DNA from: Oceanispirochaeta sp.
GTDB lineage: Bacteria; Spirochaetota; Spirochaetia; DSM-2461
Assembly: GCA_963663385.2 (NCBI GenBank)
Contig: CAXXXD010000003.1
Span: 64,001 to 128,000, forward strand
Reading direction: 5' to 3'
DNA: 64,000 nucleotides
Shown one piece after another: positions 60,302-64,000 of this stretch. How positions within the stretch are numbered: the first letter of the stretch is position 1; each line of letters begins with the position of its first letter. The notes beneath the pieces are model-generated. The model searched no databases and was not told where the DNA came from. It saw nothing but the letters and a program-made list of their open reading frames with translations. The position numbers were made by a program, and so were the translations under genes.

Positions 60302-61213
60302 ATGAAAAATAAACTGGATTCTGAAGACTATAGGAAATATACAACAAGAAGCGAATATGACAAAGCAATTCATACCCTAGAAGGCCTGTTATCAGGAATA
60401 TCAATAGATAATAAAATAGACAAACAAGAACTGCAGGAATTAAAAAATTGGTGCAGTGACAATAATAAATTCCTGAAGAAACAACCGTTTAAAGACCTTA
60501 TCCCCTATATCATAGAAGCTCTGGAAGATGATTATCTGGATGAGGAAGAGCACAATAACATAATCCAGATGTGCAAGTATTTTAAAAGCGGCAGCAAGTA
60601 TTACGACATAGTGACATCCGACCTGCAAAGGCTGCAGGGGATAATGCACGGAATTATGGCAAATAATGAAATCTCTGATGAAGAGATACACGAACTGGAT
60701 ACCTGGATTGAGCAAAATGATCATCTGATAGGCTTATACCCCTATGATGAACTTTACAGTCTTTTACTTGCCGTACTGGAAGACAATATTATTACGGATA
60801 CGGAAAGAAATATTCTTAAAGTATTCTTTAGCGATTTTATTCCGGAAAGAGATTCCTCTACAATCGATTATCCCGAAATAGAAAAATTGAAATCTGCAAT
60901 TATCATTCCTGGTTTAACAACCAGTAACCCGGATATTGTATTTCAGGATAAAGTATTTTGTATATCCGGAAAGTTCAGGGACAATAAAAGAAGTGATATT
61001 GCACAAATGATTACGGATCTTGGCGGTACTTTTAAAAGTGGAATGAGTAAGGACGTTGATTATCTGATAGTTGGAACAGAAGGAAACCCAGCATGGGCCT
61101 TTTCCTGCTATGGAAGAAAGATAGAATACGCCACAAATCAAAGAAAACAGGGTAGTCGAATCCAGATAGTGAGAGAAGAAGACTTTATCGATGCCTATGA
61201 GGATAATTTATAA
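60302..61213 (+). CDS. BRCT-domain protein with duplicated TerB-like helical N-terminus
   Basis: GLLSGISIDNKI..E and GIMHGIMANNEI..E repeats; FCISGKF..GG....S..VDYLIVG..W..YGRKIE; start set at 60302 after AGGAG. Confidence 0.8.
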   Translation: MKNKLDSEDYRKYTTRSEYDKAIHTLEGLLSGISIDNKIDKQELQELKNWCSDNNKFLKKQPFKDLIPYIIEALEDDYLDEEEHNNIIQMCKYFKSGSKYYDIVTSDLQRLQGIMHGIMANNEISDEEIHELDTWIEQNDHLIGLYPYDELYSLLLAVLEDNIITDTERNILKVFFSDFIPERDSSTIDYPEIEKLKSAIIIPGLTTSNPDIVFQDKVFCISGKFRDNKRSDIAQMITDLGGTFKSGMSKDVDYLIVGTEGNPAWAFSCYGRKIEYATNQRKQGSRIQIVREEDFIDAYEDNL

Positions 61214-61321
61214 ACACAACGAAAGATTACATCATATTTGAAGGGATTTTATTACTTATTGAAACAGGGAATTAAATACAGCTGTAATGAAAACATTAAG
61301 AAAATGTAAAGAAATGAAATC

Positions 61322-62137
61322 ATGGATCTGAAACGTATATACAAAATCATTGAACCGGCAGAAGGCGGCGATAAAGCCAGCAGAATATTCGATATCTCAA
61401 TCATACTCCTGATTATCATCAACATCTTTGCCGTAATATTAAATTCTTTTTCCAATCTTACTCCGGGTACAGCCGGGGTACTGGATTTTATAGAGATCGT
61501 ATCCATCGTGATATTCACAGCGGAATATCTGTTGCGGCTGATAACGGCGGCTTACAAATTTTCCCATGGGAAAGCCTGGATGCCCTATCTCCTGTATATC
61601 TGTTCGCCTATGGCAGTTATAGATCTTCTGGCCATATTGCCTTTTTATCTGCCCTTTATAATCCGGGTCGACCTGAGAGTCCTGAGAATGTTAAGGCTGG
61701 TACGTTTGCTTCGTATACTCAAATTGAACCGGTATACAAAATCCATGAAACTGCTGGGAAGGGTAATAAAAAGAAAGAAGGAAGAACTGCTGGTTACTGT
61801 ATTTATAACAGGAATCCTTATGCTCCTGGCCTCCTCCATGATGTATTACATCGAAAATGAAAGCCAGCCCGATGCCTTTTCCAATATCATAGCTTCTTTC
61901 TGGTGGGCCATCGCCACCCTGACCACAGTTGGATACGGCGATGTATATCCCGTTACCTTTCTGGGGAAAATCATGGCCGGTCTGATCGCCTTTCTGGGAA
62001 TTGGATTAGTGGCCCTGCCGACCGGTATTATAAGTTCGGGGTTTATAGAAGAAGTAGAGAGCCGGAAAATGATAAGGAAGGGCAGATCCCGAGTTAAAAT
62101 CAAAAGGAGAAAGAGGAAACGGAGATTAGAAATCTGA
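61322..62137 (+). CDS. Voltage-gated-type potassium channel (ion transporter)
   Basis: S4 LRVLRMLRLVRLLRILK; selectivity filter TTVGYGD. Confidence 0.93.
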   Translation: MDLKRIYKIIEPAEGGDKASRIFDISIILLIIINIFAVILNSFSNLTPGTAGVLDFIEIVSIVIFTAEYLLRLITAAYKFSHGKAWMPYLLYICSPMAVIDLLAILPFYLPFIIRVDLRVLRMLRLVRLLRILKLNRYTKSMKLLGRVIKRKKEELLVTVFITGILMLLASSMMYYIENESQPDAFSNIIASFWWAIATLTTVGYGDVYPVTFLGKIMAGLIAFLGIGLVALPTGIISSGFIEEVESRKMIRKGRSRVKIKRRKRKRRLEI

Positions 62138-62304
62138 TTCCTGCTTTACTATAAGTGGTAATTCATAGGTCAGTATACAGTGTTTGCTGTATTGCATTGT
62201 GCATAATATCGGGAAGATACAGCGGTATAGTACGATGATGGATAATCAGAATCATCCTAAAGTTTTTTTAGATTCTAATAATTATACAAGGAATATAAAA
62301 TCAA

Positions 62305-63945
62305 ATGAAAAAAGGGACATATATCTCACTATTCTTATTGCTTTCATTAATCTCATGTACATCATTCAGACCTCAGGTAACAGAGGAAGAAGCACTGAAT
62401 TCATTCAGGTTAATTGAAGATGGAAATCTTATAGAGATTAAAAAACTGATAAAACGGGGAATGGATCCCAATTTTCAAGCAGCATTCGGTTTAACACCAT
62501 ATCAGTATGCTATAGAAAAGAATCAGGTAGAGATCGTATATTACCTGACAGATCATGGTGCAAATATCAATTACAGTAATTCCTTAGGGCTCGACTCCTT
62601 ATTAATGGCTATCAGCTATGATCATAAGGAGTTAGCTGAATTCTTAATTGATCAAGGTACTAATCTCTCATCAACAGATATCCAGGGATGGACGCCCCTG
62701 ATATATGCTATTAAACAGAATATGCCGGATCTGGCAATAAAACTTATTGATAGAGGCGCAACAATTTATGGGACAACCAATCAGGATTGGACTCCTTTAT
62801 TATTTTCTGTACGAACAAAACAGGAAGAGGTTTCCTGGAAGCTGATAGAGGAAGGTGCAGTTATAGATCAACCTTCAGATCTCGGGTGGACACCTTTGAT
62901 GTTTGCTCTGGAATATGAACAACCTGATATTGCAAAAGAACTAATAGTACGAGGTGCAGACATCCGTCAGCAAATTTCTTCAGGGCATACACCTCTAATG
63001 TTATCAATAAAAAACAGTTATTATAAACTGGCGGAATATATGATTCAGCATAATGCGGATGTTAATGCAATAACCTCCTCAAACTGGACTCCGCTTATAT
63101 ATGCATTACAATACAATCAGCCTGATATTGCCAGGATGCTTATTGAAAAGGGCGCAGAGGTTAATGTCGCCAATGAAAATGGCTGGACTCCTCTTATTTA
63201 TGCGCTGAGAAACTATCATACGGAAATCGCTTATGAACTCCTGGAGAAAGGTGCTGATATAAACTCTGTAAGTTCTGATGGTTGGACCACACTGATGTTC
63301 TCACTGAGATATAACCAACCAGAGATTGCTCGGCTTCTTATCGAGATGGGCGCGGAAGTTAATACAGTAGATAATGATCATTGGTCTCCATTGATGTACG
63401 CCTTAAGAAATGATCAGCCAGAAAATGCGAGGCTTTTAATTGAAATGGGAGCAGAAATAAATATGCATAATGATTATGGCTGGACACCGCTTCTGTATGC
63501 TTTGAAGTATCATCAACCAAATAATGCACAACTACTTATCGAGAATGGAGCAGACCTGGATTACAAAGGTGACGATGATTGGACACCTTTAATGTTTGCA
63601 TTGAGATATAATCAGCCGGAGAATGCAAGGCTTCTTATTGAGAAAGGTGTCGAAATAAATGCTAGAGATGATAAAAACAGGACACCTCTTATGTTGGCTC
63701 TGAGTTTTAATCAACCGGAATGTGCACAACTCCTAATTGAAAGAGGAGCAGATGTAAATGCAAGCAATGATGAAGGTTGGACACCATTAATGTTCGCAGC
63801 TTGTTATTCACACCCAGATATAGTTACTACTCTTTTAGAAAGAGGTGCATATCTTGAATTGAAAAATAATAAAGGGAGGACCGCTATGGATATTGCGGAT
63901 ATCTATAACAAAGCAGAGGTTATCGATATTTTCAATAATCTATAG
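62305..63945 (+). CDS. Ankyrin-repeat lipoprotein (about 15 repeats)
   Basis: Lipobox LSLISC; 33-aa GWTPL..A...LI..GA..N repeats. Confidence 0.93.
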   Translation: MKKGTYISLFLLLSLISCTSFRPQVTEEEALNSFRLIEDGNLIEIKKLIKRGMDPNFQAAFGLTPYQYAIEKNQVEIVYYLTDHGANINYSNSLGLDSLLMAISYDHKELAEFLIDQGTNLSSTDIQGWTPLIYAIKQNMPDLAIKLIDRGATIYGTTNQDWTPLLFSVRTKQEEVSWKLIEEGAVIDQPSDLGWTPLMFALEYEQPDIAKELIVRGADIRQQISSGHTPLMLSIKNSYYKLAEYMIQHNADVNAITSSNWTPLIYALQYNQPDIARMLIEKGAEVNVANENGWTPLIYALRNYHTEIAYELLEKGADINSVSSDGWTTLMFSLRYNQPEIARLLIEMGAEVNTVDNDHWSPLMYALRNDQPENARLLIEMGAEINMHNDYGWTPLLYALKYHQPNNAQLLIENGADLDYKGDDDWTPLMFALRYNQPENARLLIEKGVEINARDDKNRTPLMLALSFNQPECAQLLIERGADVNASNDEGWTPLMFAACYSHPDIVTTLLERGAYLELKNNKGRTAMDIADIYNKAEVIDIFNNL

Positions 63946-64000
63946 ATTTTTGGAGCTCGGATAATTGATTTACTCCTGAATTGCCTGATGTAAATATAAT

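Overview
A 64-kb chromosomal window from a bacterium that is probably a free-living anaerobic spirochaete (Spirochaetaceae-like; inferred from the 'FAGGQKE'-type binding-protein N-terminus, spirochaetal-style lipoboxes and gene content). In order, it holds: a citrate fermentation locus (citC-[IS110]-citDEFGX, a beta-propeller sensor kinase with a NarL/UvrY-type regulator, tctCBA); two chemoreceptors; zupT; a DUF2779-like nuclease plus MYG1-like hydrolase pair; icd; metal regulators with csoR-copA; a sugar ABC/GH4 operon with an MttB-family methyltransferase and a broken ROK repressor; an OmpR-type two-component pair; a porin-like protein; an orphan fliN/fliM-fliG-fusion cluster; rhlE; a diguanylate cyclase; a prkA-yeaH-spoVR-prkA operon; a four-gene membrane-LuxR cassette bracketed by three copies of one palindrome; and an AT-rich tail (M48 peptidase remnant, BRCT protein, K+ channel, ankyrin lipoprotein). 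No rRNA, tRNA or CRISPR array was recognised. The best leads are the membrane-LuxR cassette, the MttB-containing sugar operon, the IS110 non-coding end (candidate bridge RNA, inserted at a ribosome-binding site) and an unannotated ~190-nt transcription unit. All calls come from reading the sequence by eye; no database searches were run.
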